A DNA stretch of 63,545 nt, the filler included, from Octopus bimaculoides (taxonomy: Eukaryota): NCBI RefSeq assembly GCF_001194135.2. It is 5 parts of 4 records of this genome, joined end to end, with 100 filler letters (N's around TTAATTAATTAA, not from the genome) between each part and the next. Parts side by side here need not be neighbours in the genome. Positions count along the whole stretch, not along the records: positions 30,875 to 53,852 come from NC_068984.1; positions 53,953 to 61,396 come from NC_068985.1; positions 61,497 to 63,545 come from NW_026360774.1; 2 more parts are not named here. One strand, written 5' to 3'. Shown here piece by piece: positions 52,246-63,545 of this stretch (within the stretch, counting starts at the first letter, position 1; each line of letters begins with the position of its first letter). Under the pieces are notes generated by a model, which was not told where the DNA came from, did no database searches, and was given only the letters and a program-made list of their open reading frames with translations. The position numbers and the translations under genes are program-made.

Positions 52246-53123
52246 NNNNNNNNNNNNNNNNNNNNNNNNNNNNNNNNNNNNNNNNNNNNNNNNNNNNNNN
52301 NNNNNNNNNNNNNNNNNNNNNNNNNNNNNNNNNNNNNNNNNNNNNNNNNNNNNNNNNNNNNNNNNNNNNNNNNNNNNNNNNNNNNNNNNNNNNNNNNNNN
52401 NNNNNNNNNNNNNNNNNNNNNNNNNNNNNNNNNNNNNNNNNNNNNNNNNNNNNNNNNNNNNNNNNNNNNNNNNNNNNNNNNNNNNNNNNNNNNNNNNNNN
52501 NNNNNNNNNNNNNNNNNNNNNNNNNNNNNNNNNNNNNNNNNNNNNNNNNNNNNNNNNNNNNNNNNNNNNNNNNNNNNNNNNNNNNNNNNNNNNNNNNNNN
52601 NNNNNNNNNNNNNNNNNNNNNNNNNNNNNNNNNNNNNNNNNNNNNNNNNNNNNNNNNNNNNNNNNNNNNNNNNNNNNNNNNNNNNNNNNNNNNNNNNNNN
52701 NNNNNNNNNNNNNNNNNNNNNNNNNNNNNNNNNNNNNNNNNNNNNNNNNNNNNNNNNNNNNNNNNNNNNNNNNNNNNNNNNNNNNNNNNNNNNNNNNNNN
52801 NNNNNNNNNNNNNNNNNNNNNNNNNNNNNNNNNNNNNNNNNNNNNNNNNNNNNNNNNNNNNNNNNNNNNNNNNNNNNNNNNNNNNNNNNNNNNNNNNNNN
52901 NNNNNNNNNNNNNNNNNNNNNNNNNNNNNNNNNNNNNNNNNNNNNNNNNNNNNNNNNNNNNNNNNNNNNNNNNNNNNNNNNNNNNNNNNNNNNNNNNNNN
53001 NNNNNNNNNNNNNNNNNNNNNNNNNNNNNNNNNNNNNNNNNNNNNNNNNNNNNNNNNNNNNNNNNNNNNNNNNNNNNNNNNNNNNNNNNNNNNNNNNNNN
53101 NNNNNNNNNNNNNNNNNNNNNNN

Positions 53124-53168
<45 letters not shown>

Positions 53169-53719
53169 ATCAAACAAGTACCAGAAAAATTAACTTACGT
53201 AACAGTATTTGACGCCTGAGATGAGTGATAGCGATGTAAATATATCCTTTAAAAATTAGATCCAAGATTGGTGACAGGTAAGCTGAATTTCCATTTCCAG
53301 TATGTATGTATGTATGTATGTATGTATGTATGTATGTGTGTGTGTGTATGTGTGTGTATGTGTACACCTGTGGTTGAGTACAGGTAAAAGGAAAGAAGGA
53401 AAAAAAAAAACCAAGCGAGCGTCTCAAACGACCTGTAGCAGGTCAATATAGTGTAGAACGTAAGAATATATGACTGACTAACACACTCACCAAACTTTAG
53501 GTGAAGTGAACAAATGAAAAAAACACGACACTAATAATAGTAAACAGCAGCAGCAGCAGTAGCTGCATAATGAGCTACGACTAAAAAACACCTTCTGTAA
53601 TAACAATAAACAAACAAAGCAAAAATAGGTGTGTTCAGATCAGATACCTCTTATTTGTAAAATACATGTGCGTGTATAAGTGAATATAGATACGTATGTA
53701 AATATATTTGTATGCAATA

Positions 53720-53759
<40 letters not shown>

Positions 53760-53805
53760 CATACACATCTATGTATGTATGCATGCAAGTATGTATGTAT
53801 GTATG

Positions 53806-53844
<39 letters not shown>

Positions 53845-53989
53845 TTTTTTTTNNNNNNNNNNNNNNNNNNNNNNNNNNNNNNNNNNNNNNNNNNNNTTAA
53901 TTAATTAANNNNNNNNNNNNNNNNNNNNNNNNNNNNNNNNNNNNNNNNNNNNGTGTGTGTGTGCGTGTGTGTGTTTGTGCATGTGTGTG

Positions 53990-54165
53990 TGTGTCTCAAC
54001 ATCGTTTGACATCGATGCTGGTGTGTTTACGTCCCCGTAACTTAGCGGTTCGGCATAGGAGACAGATACAATAAGTACTAGGCTTACAAAGATTAAGTCC
54101 TGGGGTAGATTTGCTCGACTGAAGGCGGTGCTCCAGTGTGGCCGCAGTCAAAATGACTGAAAATG
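53990..54165 (+). mobile_element. SINE family A 3' half
   Basis: gctggtgtgtttacgtccccgtaacttagcggttcggc...ggcggtgctccag..ggccgcagtcaaaatgactgaaa. Confidence 0.85.
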
Positions 54166-54964
54166 ATAAACCTCCCAATGTTTCGCATTCGCTTGCTGAT
54201 TGACGCATGCGTAGAATTGTACTGAAATAGCAGACGTAAAAAAATATTAGAGCTCCACCAGAAAACCCAACATGCTAGAAACAACAGGTAAACGACATTG
54301 TTTCTGAAGAAACTTACCCGTTTTCCAAAATGTTAAAGTGAAACTTTGGGTGTTCGTATATCCCATTTATGTTCATTAGAAATTAAATAAATAAAGAATT
54401 TTGACATGTACGAATATTTATTCGCCCCCCCCCCCACTGTATGTGTATATATGTATATATATATATATATATACACACACAGATTTTTTATAGAATTTAG
54501 ACCCAGCACTGAAATTTAGTGCATTTCTTATACGAAGACGTCAATATACACAATGCGATCAAAGATAGAAATAGGTAAAGGGTTTATATGCACGTTTTAG
54601 ATGTCATTGCTCCTTCTTCGGTACCACACCCGACCCATTAACTATCCACAAATACTTTGCTTAAATACTCACTAGGTTTAGCTGTGTAACACTACTGGAT
54701 AGAGCACATTCCAGGCAGCTGGAGTGAATATATTAATTGCTAGTAGGCCTACCATATATTATTTTGCCACCTGAATATACTACCTATCATACTAATGCTT
54801 TTGAGACAACATGGTGTCCTACATTTGTGTTAGCACTGGATTGTTCTCCTTTCAATCGAATTTAGAGTCAGCACTGAATGTTAAGACATTTCGCATACAA
54901 ATACGGCTAAACGATACTATCGAAGATAAAAGAATAGAGCAGGAGAATACAGGTGGATGGAAAA

Positions 54965-55008
54965 GGTCGCTGAAGAGGTCACAGATCTGTGACGAAACAT
55001 TTCCAGAC
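54965..55008 (+). ncRNA. Minimal hammerhead-like motif, family H2
   Basis: ggtcg-CTGAAGA(54970-54976)-G-GTCACA gatc TGTGAC-GAAA-catt-TC-cagac. The downstream atgaccatccc.aaata.aaca tail matches the minus-strand flank of the 27-kb copy. Confidence 0.55.
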
Positions 55009-55118
55009 AATAGACTTGAGTTGAAATAAGAACAATAATAAATGAGTGAAGAACGAATATATAGTGCGATTATTTACTTGGCAAAAACAGAAATGACCAT
55101 CCCGAAATATAACACTAT

Positions 55119-55163
<45 letters not shown>

Positions 55164-55999
55164 NNNNNNNNNNNNNNNNNNNNNNNNNNNNNNNNNNNNN
55201 NNNNNNNNNNNNNNNNNNNNNNNNNNNNNNNNNNNNNNNNNNNNNNNNNNNNNNNNNNNNNNNNNNNNNNNNNNNNNNNNNNNNNNNNNNNNNNNNNNNN
55301 NNNNNNNNNNNNNNNNNNNNNNNNNNNNNNNNNNNNNNNNNNNNNNNNNNNNNNNNNNNNNNNNNNNNNNNNNNNNNNNNNNNNNNNNNNNNNNNNNNNN
55401 NNNNNNNNNNNNNNNNNNNNNNNNNNNNNNNNNNNNNNNNNNNNNNNNNNNNNNNNNNNNNNNNNNNNNNNNNNNNNNNNNNNNNNNNNNNNNNNNNNNN
55501 NNNNNNNNNNNNNNNNNNNNNNNNNNNNNNNNNNNNNNNNNNNNNNNNNNNNNNNNNNNNNNNNNNNNNNNNNNNNNNNNNNNNNNNNNNNNNNNNNNNN
55601 NNNNNNNNNNNNNNNNNNNNNNNNNNNNNNNNNNNNNNNNNNNNNNNNNNNNNNNNNNNNNNNNNNNNNNNNNNNNNNNNNNNNNNNNNNNNNNNNNNNN
55701 NNNNNNNNNNNNNNNNNNNNNNNNNNNNNNNNNNNNNNNNNNNNNNNNNNNNNNNNNNNNNNNNNNNNNNNNNNNNNNNNNNNNNNNNNNNNNNNNNNNN
55801 NNNNNNNNNNNNNNNNNNNNNNNNNNNNNNNNNNNNNNNNNNNNNNNNNNNNNNNNNNNNNNNNNNNNNNNNNNNNNNNNNNNNNNNNNNNNNNNNNNNN
55901 NNNNNNNNNNNNNNNNNNNNNNNNNNNNNNNNNNNNNNNNNNNNNNNNNNNNNNNNNNNNNNNNNNNNNNNNNNNNNNNNNNNNNNNNNNNNNNNNNNN

Positions 56000-56325
56000 A
56001 TGTGCCTTCTACTATAGCCTCGGGCCGACCAATGCCTTGTGAGTGGATTTGGTAGACGGAAACTGAAAGAAGCCCGTCGTATATGTGTATATATATGTGT
56101 ATGTGTGTGTGTGTGTTTGTATGTCTGTGTTTGTCCCCCCAACATCGCTTGACAACCGATGCTGGTGTGTTTATGTCCCCGTAACTTAGTGGTTCGGCAA
56201 AAGAGACCGATAGAATAAGTACTAGGCTTCCAAAGAATAAGTCCTGGGGTCGATTTCTTCGACTAAAGGCGGTGCTCCAGCATGGCCGCAGTCAAAAGAC
56301 TGAAACAAGTAAAAGAGTAAAAGAG
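56000..56325 (+). mobile_element. SINE family A, young subfamily
   Basis: cttctactatagcctcgggccgacc...gactgaaacaagtaaaagagtaaaagag. Confidence 0.9.
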
Positions 56326-56778
56326 TATATGTATATACATATATATGCATACGTATGCACGCATGTATGCATGTAAGTACGCATGCGTGCATACGTATGC
56401 ATGTATGTGTATTGGTTTAGTATAGTTTAAGTAGAAAACGAATAACTGTAAGACTTTGATTCAGCAGCGAAAAAAAAGATAGGACCGAACATTTCTTTAT
56501 GCAAATTATAGGTTGGTGCCTATTATCGTTGTCATGCCAGTCAGTCCTAAATACTATTATTACAAGAAACCCGCTTTATTTTGTGTTCTATATATTTGTT
56601 GGAGAAAGGGAGAAATTCTTATCAGATCATTTCTGATAAAATTCATGCATTTACAGAGATTGAGGGAGTCAGAGCAAGGTAGTGATGTAGAAAGCGGAGA
56701 AAGAGTGAGACATAGACGCATCACATTAATATAGATAGATAGATACATACATACATACAGACATGCATACATGCATAC

Positions 56779-56837
<59 letters not shown>

Positions 56838-57774
56838 NNNNNNNNNNNNNNNNNNNNNNNNNNNNNNNNNNNNNNNNNNNNNNNNNNNNNNNNNNNNNNN
56901 NNNNNNNNNNNNNNNNNNNNNNNNNNNNNNNNNNNNNNNNNNNNNNNNNNNNNNNNNNNNNNNNNNNNNNNNNNNNNNNNNNNNNNNNNNNNNNNNNNNN
57001 NNNNNNNNNNNNNNNNNNNNNNNNNNNNNNNNNNNNNNNNNNNNNNNNNNNNNNNNNNNNNNNNNNNNNNNNNNNNNNNNNNNNNNNNNNNNNNNNNNNN
57101 NNNNNNNNNNNNNNNNNNNNNNNNNNNNNNNNNNNNNNNNNNNNNNNNNNNNNNNNNNNNNNNNNNNNNNNNNNNNNNNNNNNNNNNNNNNNNNNNNNNN
57201 NNNNNNNNNNNNNNNNNNNNNNNNNNNNNNNNNNNNNNNNNNNNNNNNNNNNNNNNNNNNNNNNNNNNNNNNNNNNNNNNNNNNNNNNNNNNNNNNNNNN
57301 NNNNNNNNNNNNNNNNNNNNNNNNNNNNNNNNNNNNNNNNNNNNNNNNNNNNNNNNNNNNNNNNNNNNNNNNNNNNNNNNNNNNNNNNNNNNNNNNNNNN
57401 NNNNNNNNNNNNNNNNNNNNNNNNNNNNNNNNNNNNNNNNNNNNNNNNNNNNNNNNNNNNNNNNNNNNNNNNNNNNNNNNNNNNNNNNNNNNNNNNNNNN
57501 NNNNNNNNNNNNNNNNNNNNNNNNNNNNNNNNNNNNNNNNNNNNNNNNNNNNNNNNNNNNNNNNNNNNNNNNNNNNNNNNNNNNNNNNNNNNNNNNNNNN
57601 NNNNNNNNNNNNNNNNNNNNNNNNNNNNNNNNNNNNNNNNNNNNNNNNNNNNNNNNNNNNNNNNNNNNNNNNNNNNNNNNNNNNNNNNNNNNNNNNNNNN
57701 NNNNNNNNNNNNNNNNNNNNNNNNNNNNNNNNNNNNNNNNNNNNNNNNNNNNNNNNNNNNNNNNNNNNNNNNNN

Positions 57775-57814
<40 letters not shown>

Positions 57815-58599
57815 TATATTAAGGTATATGAAATACATTATAATATAGGTAGCCGTGGCAATAAAAGCTTAAAGGTTAAATTAATAAATGAAGGTGCAAA
57901 ATAGCACCTGATATCGCTAGAAATGGAAACTAAAATTCAATTTGAACAGCCACACAAAATCACTATCCTCACGAAAATTTCGGGACTGCGAGCAACAAGC
58001 CACATCTTTGTTTGGCGAGATAAACTCACAGAATGGAGTAGTTTGCTAAAGCCTTCTCACGTGATTTCGAAATTTGATTACTATATGTATGTATTCAAAT
58101 ATGGTAAAAGGTCGCAGTTCTACACATTGATCTAAAGTACATGTCTTATTTTTTAACCTCTCCTCAAAATTTATCCCCACTTCAACGTGGATGCTCTGTT
58201 AGAACAATCTATACTGCAGTAGTTACCATGCAAGAAACTCTAACTTTGGTTTTTGGTAGAAAATGAACTCTTCTTTATACCGCTAACAAGGAGACAAATA
58301 CGCCAAGGCCATCAGATCACATGATTTAGACCTTTCTTTGTATTGTCAATGATGGACGCTCGATCGCTAGAGAAGACAATGATTCATTTCCCCGCCAGGG
58401 TTATATAGATTAACAGTGCCAGAATAAGCACTGGTGTCGCGATTAGCCAGTGAGCTTGATAGATCATGTTTATTAGCTACAGAGGCAGCATTAATACCAA
58501 GGGGTAATATTTATCTCACATAAACGTGGATGTTCTCTTAGAACAAATCATAATACGGTTGTTGCCATGAGCAAAAAATAATGGAACTACCAATAAGAA

Positions 58600-60701
58600 A
58601 GAGAAAACCACCTCCAGCGTCTTAATTGAGGAAAATCAGAAGATTTTTAGATGGTTTGAAGGAAGTACTGTGTAGAGAAGAAAGAAAAAGATTTCCAGCA
58701 TTAAAATGTGTTAATAGAAGGAAGTTACTAGGTATTACTAAGAAAGTAGATTCTGTTATCATTAGGAAAATACCAAAAATGTAGGTGACACTAATTCATT
58801 GATTTATGCAGGAGGGATAGTAGTTCTTAGCAGATTAGGTATTCTTCGAGTAAAGTATTGGAATGAGCAAATGAAAAATAAAATGAAGACTTTAAGACGA
58901 GATCTGAGTAGAATAGAAGCCTGAAACAAGGAAAAGTTAGGAAACACAACATCTAAATCTCTTTTGAAAAAATATTTTGGCAAAGAGAAAGGATTTGGGA
59001 TAGTCATGAAAGAGCTAAAACAGCGTATCATAGCAATACCAGGCAAGCTTTCCAGTTTTCACAAAGAATAGATTAGTATAAATAGAACAGATTGTTTGGG
59101 ACATACCAGTGGAAATTTTATCACCACGTAAATGTGTAGAAGAAACTATTGAAGATGAGAAGCTTAATACAGAAGAAGCTAGAATTTTCTAGAGTAATAT
59201 TTGGGACAAGCCAGTTAGTTATAATGGAGATGCAGCATGGTTAAGATAGAAAGTGAGGAGAAAAATAGTTAGCCAGAAGCAACCGGATCAAAACCTAACT
59301 AGTTGGTAAAAGGTTTGGACGAATGCCAGATAGGAAGGGCACAGGACCAGATTTAGTTCAAGGGTACAGGTTGAAGAAATTTATTAGTTTACATGGGAGA
59401 CTGATGGAACAACTTCAGGATTGCCTGAATGAAGGAGTATACTTAATTGGATGACAAGAGACAGAACAGTATTCCTTATGAAAGACAAAAGTAAGGGCAA
59501 TATAGCTACTAATTATATACCAGTCACTTGCATATCATTTATGTGGTAGCTGTTAAAAGAATAGTCGCAGCATTTATGAACACCTTGACAGCCAGAATTT
59601 ACTTCCAGAAGAACAGAAATACTGCAGGAAGAATGCAAGAGGAACGCATGATCTCTTATACATAGACAAAGCTGTCCTAAAGAATTGAAATCTTGATAGA
59701 ATAATTCAACAATAATAGGAACTGATTATTAGAAAGCCTATAACATGATTCCACGCTCATGCATAAGTGAATGTTTGAGAGTATTCAGTATAACAGACAG
59801 TATAATAGAACTAAGCTATAGCATGAAGAAATGGAAAGTGCGTGCGGGTTTTTACTCAGATGACTCAGCCTTAGGGAAATTTAGTAACAAAGGAGGAATT
59901 TTCCAAGAAGACTCGTTATTCCCTTTTAATATGTGTGTTATTCTTAATCCCCCTTAGTTTATTATTAAAAAATACAAAGGCAGTATATCAATTTAGAGAT
60001 AGCAAAGGAAAAATTAACAATTGGCGCCATGTAGAGCAAATGGTTAATTTTTCCTTTACTATTTATGAATTGGTGCCCTGCCCTTGTCTTCCTTAATGTT
60101 AAACTGGGAGGAGGGGGTTAAAAATAACACAAATATTAAAGGGAATAACAAGCCTCCTTGGAAAATTCCTCTCTTGATATTATAGTGAAACAGTAGGATA
60201 TATAGAAACCAAAAATCCAAATGTAGTTAAAAACAGAAAACAAGAAGTAAGATTATCTGCTTTGCATGGTAGATTTCCAAAGATGGTTGCAGAAAATTGT
60301 AATAGTGAAACACGGTTGTGGTTGCAAAAAGGAAGGCTAAAAAGAGACGCGGATTGTTTGTTAGATACTGAGGAATAACTAGATAAAAAAGCCAAGCTAG
60401 ACACAAATAACGTAGATTCCTCAAAGAAAGAAAATGTTACTCATAGTTAATGAATGTAATATGCTAGCACATAAAGAATTCGAGAAATAACATGAAAACC
60501 CAGGGAGAATAATCCACTGGAAATTTAGTACAAAACTAGGGTTTTTTTGTTGTGGTTGTTTATATTTTTTTTGTTTTTCAGATCATACTGATACGTAGTA
60601 TGAACATGAAACTAGTCAAGTGCTAGAAGGCAAGAAATATAAGATGTTGAGAGATTGTAATATTCAGATTGACAGAGCAATAGACGCTAGATGGCCTGAT
60701 A

Positions 60702-60773
<72 letters not shown>

Positions 60774-61125
60774 ACAAAGAGACTAGAAAGCGTCAGAAAA
60801 GTAACTTTACAGTCCCAAATGATAAGAAAGTCAATATGAGCCGTATAGAGAAAATAGAGAAAAATACAAGGACCCAGCCATTGAGTTATAGATATCATGG
60901 AAAATTCGGGTAAATGTATCCCTGCAGTTATAACTGCATTGGGAAATATCCCTAAAGATTTGAACAGATGAATAGAGGTAAAAGGGCATAAATTCCTATT
61001 TTAGAGCAGCTTCAGAAAACAGTATTATTAAAGACAGCGGAGAAGGTTCTTAATATCCAAGGCTAGTTGTTGTGGCTTGATGTTAGGAGGCTTTTGTAAC
61101 CGTCTAATCTGTTGTGTATAAATGA

Positions 61126-61187
<62 letters not shown>

Positions 61188-61230
61188 TAATAATAATAAT
61201 AATAACAACAACAACAATGATAATAATAAT
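58600..61230 (+). mobile_element. Long decayed R4/Dong-type retrotransposon with (AAT)n tail, lineage B
   Basis: Frames give RFPALK, NSLIYAGG, ELKQRIIA, GPDLVQG, RTVFLMKDKSKGNIATNY, LLPEEQK, KAYNMIPRSCISECL, GGIFQEDSLFP, LSALHGRF, DCNIQIDRAIDARWPDIV..DKE, EQLQKTVLL. (AAT)n from ~61127. Confidence 0.88.
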
Positions 61231-61554
61231 AATTAATTCGTTTTATCGGCCACAAGGGCTAATATCAATTAAAAACATATAAGGACAAAGACAGGACGAA
61301 GGTTACAAAAGGTTTTGTCCGAAAAGGTAGGAAAGTTCGTCTAAACAGAGGAAGAAAACGGAGAAAGATATAATAAATAAATAGATAAATAAATAGNNNN
61401 NNNNNNNNNNNNNNNNNNNNNNNNNNNNNNNNNNNNNNNNTTAATTAATTAANNNNNNNNNNNNNNNNNNNNNNNNNNNNNNNNNNNNNNNNNNNNGTGG
61501 GATGAGGGCAAATACATGGCACAAATATACATGCATGCCTAACTAGCTAGCTGA

Positions 61555-61626
<72 letters not shown>

Positions 61627-61654
61627 AGAGAGGGGGAGAAAGAGAGAGAGATAT

Positions 61655-61790
61655 ACGACGGGCTTCTTTCAGTTTCTGTCTACCAAATCCACTCAACGCT
61701 TTGGTCGGCCCGGAGCAATGATAGAAGCCACCTGCCCAAGATGACATGAAGTGTGACTGAACGCGGAATCATCTGGTTGGGAAGTATGCT
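61655..61790 (-). mobile_element. SINE family A head half
   Basis: gacgggcttctttcagtttc..ctaccaaatccactc..ggtcggcccg..gtggttgggaag-type text. Confidence 0.75.
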
Positions 61791-61993
61791 TTATAAGTGT
61801 GTATGTATGTGTATGCATGCGTGTATGTATGTGTGTGTGTGTATGTACGTATGTGTGTATGTATGTATGTATGTATGTATGTATGTATGTATGTATGGGT
61901 GTATGTATGTATGTATATGTAGCTACAGGATTTGTCGAGTATATAAACAGATTGGTTACATGTCACTCTGGAATTGGTCAAATTGATGTAGAC

Positions 61994-62036
61994 GTCTCTG
62001 ATGAGAATCCAATAAGATTCCCAAAATCGATTCAGT
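61994..62036 (+). ncRNA. Hammerhead family H1, third copy (G12 lost)
   Basis: gtct-CTGATGA(61998-62004)-gaatc caataa gattc-ccAAA-atcgat-TC-agt. About 70 nt upstream and 60 nt downstream align with the 38.4-38.6 kb unit. Confidence 0.5.
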
Positions 62037-63089
62037 TTGTTCATCATTTTCCCAATCTACGGAGAAACAGGTAAATTAGCCCTGTTTATGAAGGTACTTT
62101 ATAGGTTGCATATTCTTGATAATGTGTGGACTAAGATCNNNNNNNNNNNNNNNNNNNNNNNNNNNNNNNNNNNNNNNNNNNNNNNNNNNNNNNNNNNNNN
62201 NNNNNNNNNNNNNNNNNNNNNNNNNNNNNNNNNNNNNNNNNNNNNNNNNNNNNNNNNNNNNNNNNNNNNNNNNNNNNNNNNNNNNNNNNNNNNNNNNNNN
62301 NNNNNNNNNNNNNNNNNNNNNNNNNNNNNNNNNNNNNNNNNNNNNNNNNNNNNNNNNNNNNNNNNNNNNNNNNNNNNNNNNNNNNNNNNNNNNNNNNNNN
62401 NNNNNNNNNNNNNNNNNNNNNNNNNNNNNNNNNNNNNNNNNNNNNNNNNNNNNNNNNNNNNNNNNNNNNNNNNNNNNNNNNNNNNNNNNNNNNNNNNNNN
62501 NNNNNNNNNNNNNNNNNNNNNNNNNNNNNNNNNNNNNNNNNNNNNNNNNNNNNNNNNNNNNNNNNNNNNNNNNNNNNNNNNNNNNNNNNNNNNNNNNNNN
62601 NNNNNNNNNNNNNNNNNNNNNNNNNNNNNNNNNNNNNNNNNNNNNNNNNNNNNNNNNNNNNNNNNNNNNNNNNNNNNNNNNNNNNNNNNNNNNNNNNNNN
62701 NNNNNNNNNNNNNNNNNNNNNNNNNNNNNNNNNNNNNNNNNNNNNNNNNNNNNNNNNNNNNNNNNNNNNNNNNNNNNNNNNNNNNNNNNNNNNNNNNNNN
62801 NNNNNNNNNNNNNNNNNNNNNNNNNNNNNNNNNNNNNNNNNNNNNNNNNNNNNNNNNNNNNNNNNNNNNNNNNNNNNNNNNNNNNNNNNNNNNNNNNNNN
62901 NNNNNNNNNNNNNNNNNNNNNNNNNNNNNNNNNNNNNNNNNNNNNNNNNNNNNNNNNNNNNNNNNNNNNNNNNNNNNNNNNNNNNNNNNNNNAACTCGGA
63001 AGGTTGGGCCTCCAACCAGACTTTTCGCGACACCTTTAAAGCGAAGATCTTGTCAGTATATTGAATTCTAGCACTAGATTATTAATATT

Positions 63090-63311
63090 CGTGTGTGTGT
63101 GTGTGTGTGTGATGGGATGTATTTGTGGGGGGGGGGGCGTGTGTGCGTATGAGAGTGAATCTGTGTGAATGTATGTGCGGATGTGTGCGCACTGATGTAT
63201 ATGATTATTCGAGCTCGTCTGTGTGCTGACGCTTGCGCAAACACGCATCTGTATGTATATGCATATGTGAACGTGTGTATGTGTATGTGTGTTTGTGTGC
63301 GTGTGCATGCT

Positions 63312-63348
<37 letters not shown>

Positions 63349-63545
63349 ATGCTTACGTGCATTTGTGTACGCATGAGTTTGTGTTTGCGTGCGTATATGC
63401 ATATACGCACGCTTATATATTCTACGTATGTGTGCATGTGTGCATATGCGTGTGCGAGCTCGTCCGAGTGTGTGTTTGTGCATGCACGTGTCTGTCTGTG
63501 TGTGTGTGTGTGTGTGTGAGTGTGTGTGTGCACGCACGTGTGTGT
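63090..63545. repeat. Degenerate (TG)n/(TGCG)n low-complexity tract
   Basis: Directly visible; source of the His/Thr-rich spurious ORFs. Confidence 0.9.

Overview
Eukaryotic, AT-rich, repeat-dominated window with roughly 7 kb of N gaps. The SINE families and microsatellite load look like an octopus (coleoid cephalopod) draft assembly; this is inferred from sequence recognition, not from a search. No intact host protein-coding gene is supported, and most listed ORFs are microsatellite or N-run artefacts. The window holds decayed mobile elements: two Helitron 3' ends, two mariner copies, a MULE with ~105-bp TIRs inserted into a SINE, a Tc1-like DD37E (TRT-type) element with long IR/DR ends, several R4/Dong-type RLE retrotransposon pieces, RTE fragments, two Penelope-like GIY-YIG fragments and at least three tRNA-derived SINE families. 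The most interesting signal is RNA-level: two families of minimal type I hammerhead-ribozyme motifs, three copies each. One family includes a tandem pair with predicted cleavage sites 304 nt apart (retrozyme-like). The other carries an extra G in the catalytic core in all copies. The R4/Dong lineages appear to sort by flanking microsatellite ((CATA)n versus (AAT)n). A possible TOP-type first exon lies at ~1.8 kb. No CRISPR array, rRNA or true tRNA gene is supported.
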